Positions 48,851 to 59,771 of a stretch of DNA of 64,000 nucleotides are shown here, piece after piece. Origin of the DNA: an uncultured Verrucomicrobiota bacterium (GTDB taxonomy: Bacteria > Verrucomicrobiota > Verrucomicrobiia > Limisphaerales > J093); the NCBI GenBank assembly GCA_964535555.1, contig CAZHUS010000011.1, forward strand, positions 16,804-80,803, in the 5' to 3' direction. Within the stretch, counting starts at the first letter, position 1. Every line of letters begins with the position of its first letter. Under the pieces are notes generated by a model. The model saw only the letters and a program-made list of their open reading frames with translations. It was not told the origin of the DNA and did not search any database. Made by a program: the position numbers and the translations under genes.

Positions 48851-49879
48851 GTGAGTCCGACAACGCAATTCATCCTGTACAGCGCGCTCAAGGCCCTGGT
48901 GGCCGTGGTGGGCCTGCTCGCCATCGTGGCGTACACGGTGCTGGCGGAACGCAAGATCTGCGCCGCGATCCAGGGCCGCATCGGTCCCAACCGCGCGGGT
49001 CCGTTCGGACTCCTGCAACCGGCCGCCGATGCGGTGAAGGCCTTTCTCAAGGAGGACTTCGTGCCCGGCCACGTGCGGAAGGTGTATTTCTGGCTGGCCC
49101 CGGCGCTGGCGATGGCCCCGGCGTTGGTAACCGTCGCGGTGATCCCCTTCGGCTCCCAGCTCGGGTCGCAGAAGATGGTGTTGGCCGATCTGGATGTGGG
49201 GATTCTCTACACGTTCGGCATCGTCTCGCTCGGCGTGTACGGGATCGTGCTGGCAGGCTACGCGGCACGATCGAAGTACCCGTTCATGGGGGGCATCCGG
49301 TCCAGCGCCCAGATGATCTCCTACGAGATCGCGATGGGCCTGTCGGTGATCCCCCTCTTTCTGCTGGTGGGCCAATTGAACCTGAGCCGGGTGATCGATT
49401 ACCAGGCCCACAGCTTGTTTGGCTGGCTGATTTTCAAGCAGCCGCTGGCGTTTGCCATCTTCCTGGGCGCGGCCTTTGCGGAGACGAACCGCCTGCCGTT
49501 CGATTTGCCCGAGGCCGAGCAGGAGCTGGCCGGTGGCTACAACGTCGAGTACAGCTCGATCAAGTTCGCCATGTTCTTCCTGGGCGAATACGCGAACATG
49601 GTGGCGGCGTGCGCGATGATGGTGACCTTGTTCCTCGGGGGCTGGACGCTGCCTTTCCTGGGGCTGAACGAGCCCGCAACGACGTTTTTGGGAGGGGTGT
49701 TGCACATCGGCATCTTCCTCGCGAAGGTGCTCACGCTGGTGGTGCTGTTCATCTGGGTGCGCTGGATGTGGCCGCGTTTTCGTTACGACCAGTTGATGGA
49801 CCTGGGCTGGAAGCGCTTTGTGCCCCTCGCGCTGGCGAATATCCTGGTGACGGCTACGGTGCTTTGGTTGCGCGCATGA
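48851..49879 (+). CDS. nuoH: NADH-quinone oxidoreductase subunit H
   Basis: GTG start. ERKICAAIQGRIGPNRAGPFGLLQPAADAVKAF, then a polytopic membrane protein with the ETNRLPFDLPEAEQELAGGYNVEYS motif. Confidence 0.95.
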   Translation: MSPTTQFILYSALKALVAVVGLLAIVAYTVLAERKICAAIQGRIGPNRAGPFGLLQPAADAVKAFLKEDFVPGHVRKVYFWLAPALAMAPALVTVAVIPFGSQLGSQKMVLADLDVGILYTFGIVSLGVYGIVLAGYAARSKYPFMGGIRSSAQMISYEIAMGLSVIPLFLLVGQLNLSRVIDYQAHSLFGWLIFKQPLAFAIFLGAAFAETNRLPFDLPEAEQELAGGYNVEYSSIKFAMFFLGEYANMVAACAMMVTLFLGGWTLPFLGLNEPATTFLGGVLHIGIFLAKVLTLVVLFIWVRWMWPRFRYDQLMDLGWKRFVPLALANILVTATVLWLRA

Positions 49880-50433
49880 TCGTCTCCCGCAAACGCCTTT
49901 CGTTTTGGGAACGCCTGTATCTCCCCGCGATCTGGGGTGGATTCAAGGTGACGGTGAAGCATTTCTTCCGGAAGAAGGTGACGATGCAGTATCCGGAGGA
50001 ACGCTGGGTGGTTCCCGACGGATACCGCGGAGCGCCCTACCTGGTGAAGGACCAGGAAGGGCGAACCAAGTGTGTCTCCTGTCAGCTCTGCGAGTTCATC
50101 TGCCCGCCGCGGGCCATCCAGATCACGCCGCCGGGTCCGGCGGTGGACCCCAGCACCGGCAACGTCGAAAAACGCCCGCGCGAGTTCGACATCAACATGC
50201 TCCGCTGCATCTTCTGCGGCCTTTGCCAGGAAGTGTGCCCGGAGGAGGCGATCTTTCTGATGAAAGACTACTCGCTCACGGGGACGCGGCGGGACGAGAT
50301 GGTCTACAACAAGGAGAAGCTCCTCGAGTTGGGGGGGACGCATCAAGACCCCCACATGAAGTGGAAGCGAAAGCAGTTCGAGGCGGACGCCCAGGAGTCC
50401 TTCAAAGTCGCTCCCGCGCATCCGGCACCCTGA
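49876..50433 (+). CDS. nuoI: NADH-quinone oxidoreductase subunit I
   Basis: The start at 49876 overlaps the nuoH stop as ATGA. Two 4Fe-4S motifs: CVSCQLCEFICP and CIFCGLCQEVCP. Confidence 0.92.
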   Translation: MIVSRKRLSFWERLYLPAIWGGFKVTVKHFFRKKVTMQYPEERWVVPDGYRGAPYLVKDQEGRTKCVSCQLCEFICPPRAIQITPPGPAVDPSTGNVEKRPREFDINMLRCIFCGLCQEVCPEEAIFLMKDYSLTGTRRDEMVYNKEKLLELGGTHQDPHMKWKRKQFEADAQESFKVAPAHPAP

Positions 50434-50529
50434 GTCGAGCGCGGTTCACGGCTGGGCAAGAAGGGACCGCCTCAAACTGCACCGCCAGGCGGGACCGGTC
50501 GCCGGACGAATCTGACGCGCGGAGGCAGG

Positions 50530-52959
50530 TCAGTCGCCATACGCCTCAAGCTCGGCGCACGACGCAAAGGCCTGGCCGGGATCATCTCCCGAGGCTGGCT
50601 TGCCCACAATCCGAAGGGCGACCACGCGCATCGGGGAGGCCAGACGCAACGTGAACTGTTGCCCGGGCTTCAGGCCGCTGTCACCGGTGGCCGTCGTCGC
50701 GGGATAGTCCACCAATTCACCCAAACGCTCCCAGGACGCATCCGCGGAGCGACGCGCTTCGACCCGCGGCTTTCCCGTCGCGGTGTCGAACCAGCCGCCA
50801 TCATGGAAGCTCCAGCCGTGCGTGACGACGACGCGGCGGACCTCGACCGGGGCGGGTGCGGTCACCGCAAACCAGGCGTCCTGCTGGGCCTTGCCGTTGA
50901 ACGTGACCACATAGGTTCCGGGGTCCCCGTCCGTGATGGAGCCATGCACGTTGCCCGATTCGCTCCGGCTCTCATCCGCAAAGGCGAACAGCGATTCGTT
51001 CGTGGAGGCGGGGGCGCCCGGGCCGCGGACCCAGACGGCGAAGCGGCTGCCTTGGGCACCGGCGTCGGCGAAGGGGATCCAGACCGACAGCTCGGGGGCG
51101 GTCCTGCCGGGAGCGACGATGGCGGCTTCGAGGCGCAGCGGCCAAATGGCAGGCCCAGACCACTGGAGAACGGGCTGATCGGGAAGCGCCGGCAGTCCCA
51201 CCCGCAGGGGGTCTGGCAGGCCGGGATTCATCGCCTGATCATAGGCGAGCATGAACGGTCCCCACGCGAGAGCGGCCTTGCCCGAATTGCCGTGGGAACC
51301 GGCGATGACCCGGGCTGCCACATCATAGGTGAGTTCCACCCGGTCCCCGTCCTGCCAGCGTCGCGCGGGGATGGTCAGCCAGCCGTCCTGGACGGTGGCA
51401 CGCACCCTCTTGTCGTCGTTGACGCGGGCCTGCATCTGGCCGGCCCAGGCGGGCGCTCTCAGTTTCAGCGCGAAGAGGACGGGCTGCTCCGGGTTGAGCA
51501 CGTACGTGGAGCGGCCCGTGATCGGGAAGGAAGTTTCGGCGCGGATCCGGACGTTCACCGGGGTGCCGTGAGTCACCGGCTGGGCGACATCGAAACGACT
51601 CGGAAAATCACGTCCCCCGACGGGAGCGTTCACCACGCGGCCGATGACGAAAGCGGCCTCCGACAATTCGACCAAGTTCAAGGCCACGGCGGGTGGTCCG
51701 GGAGGTCCGGCGTTCGCACCGGCGAGAAAGCAGGCGTTGGCGGGAATGAGAGCCACGCCCCGGGGTCCGCTCGAGTGGCAGCAATTGATGCCGCGGAGGT
51801 ACTCCTTGCGGCCTTCGAGCGCGGTGAAGTAGCACCAGTCGGCCCCGGCGGTGTGTTGGGCCGCCGTGAGATGATTGTAGAAAGTGCGTTCGAGTTCGTC
51901 GCCGAAGCGGGCCTCCCCGGTGAGGCGGAGGAGCTGGCTGTTCAACTGGATCCAGGTGGTGGTGACACAGGTTTCCCCGACGTGGGCGCCGGGCCCGTTC
52001 GGAAGCTCGTGATCATCCCGGAAGTGCTCGGACTGGCTGGCGCTGCCCGTGAGGTAGAGCCGGTGGGAGACGACGTCCTGCCAGGCGTTGAGGATGGCGC
52101 GGAGGTAGTCGCGCTCGCCGGTGACGCGGTAAAGCTCGCAGAGTCCCACGAGGTTCGAGAGCATTTCGTACGCCTTGGCGTTGGCCGTCATTTGCACGGT
52201 CTTGCCCTCCCGCAACGACTTCAAGATCGCCGGGCCTCCGTGTTCGTCCCAGGAGCTGACGATGTACCGCGCGAAGTCGAGGTAGCGTCGGTCATCGGTG
52301 AAGCGATAGAGCAGGACCATCGGTTCGAGGACGCTGGTCGCGGCCATGCCGACATGCGTCCCCGCGGAGATGAGGCTCTTCTTGTCCGGGCCGAACGTGG
52401 CGAGCAGAAGATCGGCGGCCTTCCGGGATGCGGTCAGGGCCTCCGCGTTACCGGTGAACTGGTAGTAGGTCAGCAGGCCAATCAGGCAGTACTTGTGCGA
52501 CCAGACGTCCCAGTCGGCGCCTTCAAAGAGACCAAAGCGCTTTTCGGGCACATACGTGCCGAGGTAGCCGTCGGGTTCCTGCGCCTTGATGAGCTCGGCC
52601 GCGGCGTAGGCGAGTTTGCGCTCGAGCTCGACATCCCCCGTGTAGGCCCAGGCGAGCGTGGCGGCATGCATCCACTTCCCGATGTGCTCGCCGATCCAGG
52701 GGTGGCTGCCGGGCTTCTGGCGAAATCCTGCCAGGAGGGGTTCGAGATCGACCTGGGCGAGCCGGGCTTCGGCATTCAGGCGCACTCGTTGGCCCAGGAA
52801 GCCCGTCAGCTGAACGGCCGAAGGCGGCAGGGCCTCGAACACGTCAGCGATCTTTGCCTCCACGCGATAGGGAACCGGCGCCGGCACGGCGAGGAGCTCC
52901 GCGGGACGGGTGCCGACGGCGAGCCAGCACGCCAGGGCCAGGTAAGAAACGGCATTCAT
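50530..52959 (-). CDS. glycoside hydrolase family 127 (DUF1680, beta-L-arabinofuranosidase-like) with a C-terminal galactose-binding-like domain
   Basis: Signal peptide, then GEHIGKWMHAATLAW...LSNLVGLCELYRVTG...ETCVTTTW...CCHSSGPRG. The C-terminus is beta-sandwich-like. Confidence 0.8.
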   Translation of the reverse strand: MNAVSYLALACWLAVGTRPAELLAVPAPVPYRVEAKIADVFEALPPSAVQLTGFLGQRVRLNAEARLAQVDLEPLLAGFRQKPGSHPWIGEHIGKWMHAATLAWAYTGDVELERKLAYAAAELIKAQEPDGYLGTYVPEKRFGLFEGADWDVWSHKYCLIGLLTYYQFTGNAEALTASRKAADLLLATFGPDKKSLISAGTHVGMAATSVLEPMVLLYRFTDDRRYLDFARYIVSSWDEHGGPAILKSLREGKTVQMTANAKAYEMLSNLVGLCELYRVTGERDYLRAILNAWQDVVSHRLYLTGSASQSEHFRDDHELPNGPGAHVGETCVTTTWIQLNSQLLRLTGEARFGDELERTFYNHLTAAQHTAGADWCYFTALEGRKEYLRGINCCHSSGPRGVALIPANACFLAGANAGPPGPPAVALNLVELSEAAFVIGRVVNAPVGGRDFPSRFDVAQPVTHGTPVNVRIRAETSFPITGRSTYVLNPEQPVLFALKLRAPAWAGQMQARVNDDKRVRATVQDGWLTIPARRWQDGDRVELTYDVAARVIAGSHGNSGKAALAWGPFMLAYDQAMNPGLPDPLRVGLPALPDQPVLQWSGPAIWPLRLEAAIVAPGRTAPELSVWIPFADAGAQGSRFAVWVRGPGAPASTNESLFAFADESRSESGNVHGSITDGDPGTYVVTFNGKAQQDAWFAVTAPAPVEVRRVVVTHGWSFHDGGWFDTATGKPRVEARRSADASWERLGELVDYPATTATGDSGLKPGQQFTLRLASPMRVVALRIVGKPASGDDPGQAFASCAELEAYGD

Positions 52960-53207
52960 GCAGGTGCGAATGGTTGTGATGGGTCATCTCTGCCATGAAA
53001 GACGGCGCGGCGCAACCATGCCGGGCGGGCAACACGACCCTCGACGCCGAGAACGGGCGGAGCGAGGGGGATGAAGTGAGTTGGAGGAGGCTGAGCGGGT
53101 GGGGCGGGGCTGAGCCCAGCCGCCTGGTTCGGGAGGGTGACGGCTTGCCGAGAACGTTCGCTCGGCCGACCCGCCTCCTTACGTCGGCGCCTACAAGTCG
53201 GGAGGGC

Positions 53208-54587
53208 TCAGAACATCTTGCCAGGGTTCAAGACGCCGTTGGGGTCCAAAACCCGCCGCAACTCGCGCATCACGCGCATCTGGGCGTCGCCAGCGAACTG
53301 GGGAAGGAAGCCCTTCTTGGCCAGCCCCACGCCGTGTTCGCCCGTGATGGTGCCGCCGAGCCGGATGGCTTCGGCGAAGAGCTCCTTGAAAGCCTCTTCC
53401 ACCCGGTGCATCTCCTCGGCGTTACGCTCGTCGGTGAGGAAGGTTGGGTGCAGGTTGCCGTCGCCCATGTGGCCGAACGTGCCGACGCGCAGCTTGTGCT
53501 TCCGGGCGACGGCCTCGACAAACCGCACCATGCCGGCCAGTTCACCCCGGGGGACGGTGATGTCCTCGAGGATGGTCGTGGGTGAGACCCGGGCCAGGGC
53601 GGAGAAGGCCGTGCGCCTTGCCGCGGCGAGCTTGGTCGCCTCTTCGTCGGTCTGCGCGACCCGGAGCTCCTGGCAACCGTTTTTGCGGGCGATTTCCACC
53701 ATCTTCGCCGCCTCCTCTTCGACGACCACAGCGTGGCCGTCGGTCTCCATCAGCAACAGAGCCTCGCAATCGCGCGGCAGGCCGATCTTCGCATAATCAT
53801 CCACACACGCGATGGTGGTGCGATCCAGGAACTCGAGGGTGCAGGGAATGACCTGGGCCGCGATGATGTCGGAGACGGTCTGAGCGGCCTGGTCCATCCT
53901 CGGGAAAGTCGCCAGCAGGGTCTTCTTCGCGGCGGGTTTGGGGATCAGCTTGAGCAGCACCTTGGTGATGACGCCCAGGGTTCCCTCGGAACCGATGAAC
54001 AAGTCGCGGAGAGAATACCCGGCCACGTCTTTGACACACTTGTTGCCGGTCCACAGGACCTCGCCGTCGGGCAGGACGACCTCGAGGCCCATGACGTAGT
54101 TGCGCGTGACGCCGTATTTCAACCCGCGCAACCCGCCTGAGTTCTCGGCCACGTTGCCGCCGATGGTCGAGATTTTCATGGAACCGGGATCCGGCGGATA
54201 AAACAGGCCCGACTTCAGGGCGGCTTCCGAGACGGTCTGGGTGAGGGTGCCCGCCTCGCAAAGCAAGGTCAGGTTCGCCTGGTCCACTTCGAGGACCCGG
54301 TCCATCTTGACGAGGCAGAGCACCACACCGTCGGCCACGGGAACGCTGCCGCCACTGAGGCCGGTCCCCGAGCCCCGGGTCACGATCGGTACTTTTGCCC
54401 CGTTGGCCCAACGAAGCACGGCGCTCACCTGTTCGACCGTGCGTGCGAAGGCAACGCACCCTGGCATCTGCCGCAGCGCCGCCGTCCCGTCAAACGAGTA
54501 AGGAATCAGGTCCTCGGCGGCTGTCAGGACGTGCTCGGGTCCCAGGAGTTTTCTCAAGTCCGCGAGGAGGTTCTCAGCGAGCGGCAT
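53208..54587 (-). CDS. glcD: FAD-linked oxidase, glycolate oxidase subunit GlcD-like
   Basis: FAD-binding PCMH motif VTRGSGTGLSGGSVP and C-terminal GEHGVGLAKK. The start at 54587 (MPLAENLL) is preferred to 54671, which would overlap the upstream gene. Confidence 0.85.
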   Translation of the reverse strand: MPLAENLLADLRKLLGPEHVLTAAEDLIPYSFDGTAALRQMPGCVAFARTVEQVSAVLRWANGAKVPIVTRGSGTGLSGGSVPVADGVVLCLVKMDRVLEVDQANLTLLCEAGTLTQTVSEAALKSGLFYPPDPGSMKISTIGGNVAENSGGLRGLKYGVTRNYVMGLEVVLPDGEVLWTGNKCVKDVAGYSLRDLFIGSEGTLGVITKVLLKLIPKPAAKKTLLATFPRMDQAAQTVSDIIAAQVIPCTLEFLDRTTIACVDDYAKIGLPRDCEALLLMETDGHAVVVEEEAAKMVEIARKNGCQELRVAQTDEEATKLAAARRTAFSALARVSPTTILEDITVPRGELAGMVRFVEAVARKHKLRVGTFGHMGDGNLHPTFLTDERNAEEMHRVEEAFKELFAEAIRLGGTITGEHGVGLAKKGFLPQFAGDAQMRVMRELRRVLDPNGVLNPGKMF

Positions 54588-54621
54588 GGCGGCGGCAGGA
54601 TGGAAGCCGGACGATAAAGGG

Positions 54622-55461
54622 TCAAGGCCGCCGGGGGGAGCCGGGGGGCGTTCGAGAAGCGGGTGCGGCAAGCCTGAATTGACTCGAAGCTCCGGCGGAA
54701 CCGACGTCGCCCGCGAGGAACTCGCCCACGTACTGCGGCGCGTCGAGCAGGTGCTTCCCGATCCCGTCCCGGTCGCGTTGAATCAGGAACTTCAGTTCCT
54801 CCCGATTCTCCGACCAGCGCCAGCCGTTGAAGAACTGCACGCCGTGGAACTGCGTCTTGTACAGAGCCCGCCTCGAGTAGCAGGTGCCCAGATGCAAATG
54901 GGCCACGCCCCGCGCGGCGAAGAAGCTCACCGCGTGGGTCATCATGAACATGCCGAGATTGCGATCGAGGCGATCGAGTTCGTAGAAGGCGTAGTAGTAA
55001 TAGGCCAGGTCCGGCTCGGCCAGGTACAGCAGCGCCGTCCCCAACTCGTGGCCGGTGGTCGCATCGCGAAACTGGAGCAGATGCGAAATGACCGGCGACG
55101 CCATCAGCGTGTCCAGGCGCTGGTAGGACATGACCTCGGCGCCGAAGCGCTCGTCGGCAAAGGCCTTCCACGATTCGCGCCGGGTGCCGCTGTACTCGAA
55201 GGCCGCGCGGGGGATGAGTTCCGCCACGATTCCCTCGCCCTTGCGCAGAATCCGCCGGTTCTCGGAGGAAGGCTTCCAGGCGGCCAAAGGCAGGCGGAGG
55301 TTTCGGCACAGGTAGTACCGGTCCATCTGGGGTGAAGCCGGCAGGAAGCCTCGTTGGAAGAAATCCGCGGGTTGCTCCCCGGGCTCCGGGAACGCCCAGA
55401 TCACGTAGGGATAGAGGTACTGGCTGTAGTCGGAGCGCGTTTCGGAGAAGACGAGTTTCAA
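54622..55461 (-). CDS. arginyl/aspartyl-glutamyl tRNA-protein transferase-like (ATE_C/Bpt-like) protein
   Basis: YYYYAFYELD...LGMFMMTHAVSFF...HLHLGTCYSRRALYKTQFHGVQFFNGWRW resembles the C-terminal core of bacterial Bpt/Ate enzymes. Recognition is moderate. Confidence 0.45.
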   Translation of the reverse strand: MKLVFSETRSDYSQYLYPYVIWAFPEPGEQPADFFQRGFLPASPQMDRYYLCRNLRLPLAAWKPSSENRRILRKGEGIVAELIPRAAFEYSGTRRESWKAFADERFGAEVMSYQRLDTLMASPVISHLLQFRDATTGHELGTALLYLAEPDLAYYYYAFYELDRLDRNLGMFMMTHAVSFFAARGVAHLHLGTCYSRRALYKTQFHGVQFFNGWRWSENREELKFLIQRDRDGIGKHLLDAPQYVGEFLAGDVGSAGASSQFRLAAPASRTPPGSPRRP

Positions 55462-55503
55462 GCGGGCGCGGGGGGTGGGGTGGTGGGCGGCAGTGCGGAA
55501 CGA

Positions 55504-55652
55504 TCCGCCTCCTGACGTCGGCGCCTACAGGGGAGCGGGGCCGGCCTACAGGTTGTAGGCCGGGTGCCCACACCGGGCGGTTCCAAGTTCCAAGCAGGGC
55601 GCGCTGTCCCTGTCGCGCCGAACGCGGCGGGCAACGGAGTGCCCGCCCTACC
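55504..55652. repeat. composite GC-rich repeat (family 3 modules)
   Basis: Four modules in order. First CCGCCTCCTGACGTCGGCGCCTACAG. Then the hairpin GGCCTACA-GGT-TGTAGGCC. Then the hairpin GGGTGCCCACACCGGGCGG. Last the REP hairpin GGCGGGCA-ACGGAG-TGCCCGCC-CTACC. Each module recurs elsewhere in the window. Confidence 0.8.
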
Positions 55653-55671
55653 TACCCCGCGAGGGGCTGCT

Positions 55672-57000
55672 TCAGCCATTCAGGTTCCAGCCGGGCCGGT
55701 ATTTCTTGCCAAGGAACGCGTTCGCCTCCTCGTGGTTCGTGACGCGACCGGCGGCGGCATCGTACTGCAGTTTCTTGCCGGCGCGGTACGCCACCAGGCC
55801 GAGCAGCATGGTTTCGATCATGTTGCCGCTGTACTCGAAGTCGCAAGCGGTCTTGAGGCTGCCCTTGCAGGCGTTGATCCATTGCTCCTGGAAGCCACCC
55901 ATCGGCTTGATCGCGGTCTCGGCCGTCCGTGGCTTGTAATAGGTGAAGTCGGCCTTGTCGCCGGTGGGTATCAGGAGGCGGTTGGTGAAGTCGGCCACGA
56001 GGGTGCCGCGGGTGCCTTCGTACATGGCGCCATGGTCGATCTTGTTCAAGTCGACCGTCTTCACCGGCGAATCCGGCATCGCCCCGCCCTGGTACCAGGA
56101 AACGCGGATGGGCTTGCGCCAGGCGTTGGCCGGGAACTCGAAGTGCGCGGTGAGTTTCACCGGGGTGACGTCCGGGTTGAACGGGTCCCCCGAGGCCTCG
56201 ATCGATGTGGGCAGGGCCGCGTCCATGGCATTCCAGGCGAGGTCCATGGTGTGACTGCCCATGTCGCCCATCTGGCCGCAGCCGAAGTCCCAGAACATAT
56301 TCCACTGGAGACAGTTCATTCCCGGGCCGCCGGAGAAGTAACCCGGGTTGTACGGATGGAAAGGCGACGGGCCGAGCCAGAGATCGTAATTGAAGTGCTT
56401 GGGCGGCTCGCCCTGGGCCGGGAGATAACCGGGGCGCGGGATCTGGCGATTGCCCCAGGCGCTGACCGCCTCGAGTTCGCCGATGGCGCCATCGAGGACC
56501 AGTTCCCGGACGCGGTCGAAGTTGGGATGGGCATGACGTTGCATGCCGACCTGGGTCGCGAGCTTCGCGCGTTTCTTCAGGTAGTTGGCCCGGACGATCC
56601 GCGCCTCCTCGACGGTGATGGCCAGCGGTTTTTCCATGTAAATGTGCTGGTCACGGTTGAGCGCCCAGTTCGCGATGAAGGCGTGGGTGTGGTCCGCGGT
56701 GCAGCACACGACGGCGTTGATGTCCTTCTGGTCGAGGCAAGGACGCCAGTCGGCGTACGTTTTGGCCTTGGGAAACCGCTTCACCGCATCGACGAGGTGT
56801 TCCTCGTTCACGTCGCAAAGCGCCACGACGTTCTGGGTGGAGATGGCGCCGAAGTGGGCGGCGCCGCGGCCCCAGGTTCCCAGCAGGGCGATGTTCAGCT
56901 TGTTGCTCGGAGCGTCGGCGCCGAACAGGCGGGTTTGGGGGAGGATCAGCGCGCCCGCCCCACTGAAGGCGGCGGACTTGAGGAAGTGACGTCGATTCAT
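55672..57000 (-). CDS. Gfo/Idh/MocA-family oxidoreductase with Tat signal
   Basis: [20 protein letters not shown] twin-arginine signal and the Rossmann motif [15 protein letters not shown]. The C-terminal domain is shared with the partial gene at 63468-64000. Confidence 0.85.
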   Translation of the reverse strand: MNRRHFLKSAAFSGAGALILPQTRLFGADAPSNKLNIALLGTWGRGAAHFGAISTQNVVALCDVNEEHLVDAVKRFPKAKTYADWRPCLDQKDINAVVCCTADHTHAFIANWALNRDQHIYMEKPLAITVEEARIVRANYLKKRAKLATQVGMQRHAHPNFDRVRELVLDGAIGELEAVSAWGNRQIPRPGYLPAQGEPPKHFNYDLWLGPSPFHPYNPGYFSGGPGMNCLQWNMFWDFGCGQMGDMGSHTMDLAWNAMDAALPTSIEASGDPFNPDVTPVKLTAHFEFPANAWRKPIRVSWYQGGAMPDSPVKTVDLNKIDHGAMYEGTRGTLVADFTNRLLIPTGDKADFTYYKPRTAETAIKPMGGFQEQWINACKGSLKTACDFEYSGNMIETMLLGLVAYRAGKKLQYDAAAGRVTNHEEANAFLGKKYRPGWNLNG

Positions 57001-57339
57001 GGCAGTATCCAAAGAGCTGTTGCGATCGGTTTTCCGAGGCTGTACGGGCCAAACCTAGGCGGCCATCGGGCCGGCTTCAAGCCAGGATTCAACCCCGGGC
57101 CCGAGACCTGGGCATCCCCAGGCTGTTCGGAGCCCGGCCGGTCCCCGGCCGCAGCAGGTGCAAGCGGTCGGAGCGGTTATTCGGGACCGCGACGCGCGAT
57201 GCGGCTCGATGCCGCTGCGACCTCGGAGCGGTCGCGGTCCCGCTCCCACGGATCGCACGCTCCCAACCCGGCGTTGGGAACCTCCGCGTGACACGCGGCG
57301 CTCGTGCCGCTACGCTCGAATGGTCACATGCAATCGTCC

Positions 57340-59607
57340 ATGCGCTCTGACATCATCAAGAAAGGCTTTGAACGCGCGCCGCACCGCTCGCTGCTCCGCG
57401 CCACCGGTTCCATCGAATCGGAGGCGGACTGGGACAAGCCCTTCATCGCCATCGCGAATTCGTACACGGACTGCATTCCCGGTCATGCCCACTTGAACGA
57501 AGTGGGGATGCTGGTGAAGCGGTTGGTGCGGGAGGCCGGCGGTGTGCCCTTCATCTTCAACACCATCGGCGTGGATGACGGCATCGCGATGGGCCATTCG
57601 GGCATGCTGTACTCCCTGCCTTCGCGCGAACTGATCGCCGATACCGTGGAGACCATGCTGCGGGCGCACTGCTTCGACGGCATGGTGTGCATCCCGAACT
57701 GCGACAAGATCGTGCCGGGAATGCTGATGGCCACGATGCGCTGCAACATCCCCACCGTCTTCGTCAGCGGCGGTCCGATGGCCGCAGGCATCGCCGAACA
57801 GAAGGCCACTCACGACGATCTCGCCGCCTATCTTCAGCCGGCAGCGGGCAAATCGGACCTCATTTCGGTCTTCAAGGGCGTCGGCGAGCTCAAGACCGGC
57901 AAGATCACCGAGGAACAGCTGAAGAAACTGGAGCAGACCGCCTGCCCGACCTGCGGGTCCTGCTCGGGCATGTTTACCGCCAACTCGATGAACTGTCTCT
58001 GCGAGGCGCTCGGCGTCGCCTTGCCAGGCAACGGCACCATCCTCGCCGTCTCGAAGGAGCGCGAGGCCCTTTACGAGCGCGCCGCTCGCAGCATCGTCAA
58101 GCTGGTCGAACGCAATCTCGTGCCGCGGGACATCGCCACGATCGAGGCCTTCGACAACGCGCTGATGCTGGATGTCGCCATGGGCGGCTCGACCAACACC
58201 ATCCTGCATACGCTGGCCATCGCCCGCGAGGCCGGCATCGAGTACGACATCGCCCGCATCGACGCCATCTCGCGGCGGATTCCCTGTCTCTGCAAGGTGT
58301 CCCCCTCGTCGGACTACCACGTCCAGGATGTTCACCGTGCCGGCGGCATCCACACCATCCTCGGCGAACTCAAGCGCATGGGGGTACTCAACACCTCCTG
58401 CCTCACGGTAACCGGCAAGACGATTGGCGAGAACATCGACGAATGGGACATCCGCTCCGAGCATTGCTCCGATTGGGCGCGCACGGTGCGCGTTTCGGGC
58501 GCCTCCGCGCTGGTGGTTGATCCCAACGACAAGATGGGTCCCGCCGCCCGTACGGCGAGTGGGAATCTCGCCCCCAAGCCGATGCTCTTTCATCCCGCCG
58601 ACGCGCGCGCGATCACGCTTTGGCGCGATGCGGCCGCCTGGAACGTCGGCGATCTGGATGCCCAGGTCGCCCTTTACGCGGAGGACGCCGAGTTAACGCT
58701 TCCCGACGGCAGCGTGTTGAAGGGTCGGGCCGCAATTCGCGCGGCCATCGAGACGCAGGCCCGGGAGGCGCAGGGGCTCGTCCGCTGCGAACTGGCGAGT
58801 CTCAAAGGCACGCCGGTGCTGCTGGCCTGGAAGTACGGCAAGGGCGGCTCCAAGGAGCGGCACAGCCTGGTGCGGGTTTCGCGGTTCCGAGGCTGGACCA
58901 TCTCGCGGGCGTACCTCGACACCCGGCCGGCTCCTCTGGCGGAGGCGGTTCCCAGCGGCCTGATGCCCTACGATTCCGCGTTCATGTTCGATGCCCGGGA
59001 CTGCATTCGCACGAAGGGCACCGCGTACTCGGCGGACGGCGGCCTCTCGATCCTCTACGGCCAGCTCGCCCCCGCGGGCAGCGTGGTCAAGACGGCCGGC
59101 ATCAGCGACGGATTCAAGGCCTACTGCGGCCCGGAGTTCGTGTTCGAAGGCCCGTGCGTGATTTTCGAAAGCCAGGACGACGCCTGCGCGGGGATTCTCG
59201 ACGGGCAGGTGAAAGCCGGTGACGTGGTCATCATCCGCAACGAAGGCCCGAAAGGCGGACCGGGCATGCAGGAGATGCTCTCGCCCACGAGTTACATCGC
59301 CGGGATGGGGCTCGGTGACAAGGTGGCCCTCATTACGGACGGCCGTTTCAGCGGCGGCACCGCGGGGGCGTGCATCGGCCATGTCTCACCCGAAGCGGCC
59401 GAGGGTGGCCCCATTGGCCTGCTCAAGGCCGGTGATCGCGTTCGAATCGACTTCCCGAACCGACGCATCGACATTTGCGTTCCCGAAGCCGAGTTGGCCG
59501 CGCGCCGGCAGACTTGGGCTCCGGTCAAACGCGAACTGGGCGGCTGGCTGGCGCGTTATCAGAAGCTCGTCGCCAACGCGAGCCAGGGTGGTGTACTCCA
59601 GGCGTGA
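57340..59607 (+). CDS. ilvD: dihydroxy-acid dehydratase with a large internal insertion
   Basis: [85 protein letters not shown]. At 755 aa it is longer than the typical 550-620 aa. ATGs at 57328 and 57340 are both possible starts. Confidence 0.9.
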   Translation: MRSDIIKKGFERAPHRSLLRATGSIESEADWDKPFIAIANSYTDCIPGHAHLNEVGMLVKRLVREAGGVPFIFNTIGVDDGIAMGHSGMLYSLPSRELIADTVETMLRAHCFDGMVCIPNCDKIVPGMLMATMRCNIPTVFVSGGPMAAGIAEQKATHDDLAAYLQPAAGKSDLISVFKGVGELKTGKITEEQLKKLEQTACPTCGSCSGMFTANSMNCLCEALGVALPGNGTILAVSKEREALYERAARSIVKLVERNLVPRDIATIEAFDNALMLDVAMGGSTNTILHTLAIAREAGIEYDIARIDAISRRIPCLCKVSPSSDYHVQDVHRAGGIHTILGELKRMGVLNTSCLTVTGKTIGENIDEWDIRSEHCSDWARTVRVSGASALVVDPNDKMGPAARTASGNLAPKPMLFHPADARAITLWRDAAAWNVGDLDAQVALYAEDAELTLPDGSVLKGRAAIRAAIETQAREAQGLVRCELASLKGTPVLLAWKYGKGGSKERHSLVRVSRFRGWTISRAYLDTRPAPLAEAVPSGLMPYDSAFMFDARDCIRTKGTAYSADGGLSILYGQLAPAGSVVKTAGISDGFKAYCGPEFVFEGPCVIFESQDDACAGILDGQVKAGDVVIIRNEGPKGGPGMQEMLSPTSYIAGMGLGDKVALITDGRFSGGTAGACIGHVSPEAAEGGPIGLLKAGDRVRIDFPNRRIDICVPEAELAARRQTWAPVKRELGGWLARYQKLVANASQGGVLQA

Positions 59608-59614
59608 CTTTCCA

Positions 59615-59729
59615 TGAACCTGCTCGGAAAAGCGGGGATGAATCCCCGCACTCCAGGCGCTTCGCGACTTCGAACGCGGCTTGGAACGGCGCGAAGCGAT
59701 TGGAGTGCGTCCGCTTTAGCGGCGCTTTT
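59615..59729. repeat. about 115-bp palindromic REP/MITE-like element, family 1, copy C
   Basis: Aligns along its length with 46889-47004 and 8171-8287. It starts 8 bp after the ilvD stop. Confidence 0.8.
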
Positions 59730-59771
59730 GCGCTTTGGAAATCTCCGCTGCCTATGAATCGCAGCGAAGGA

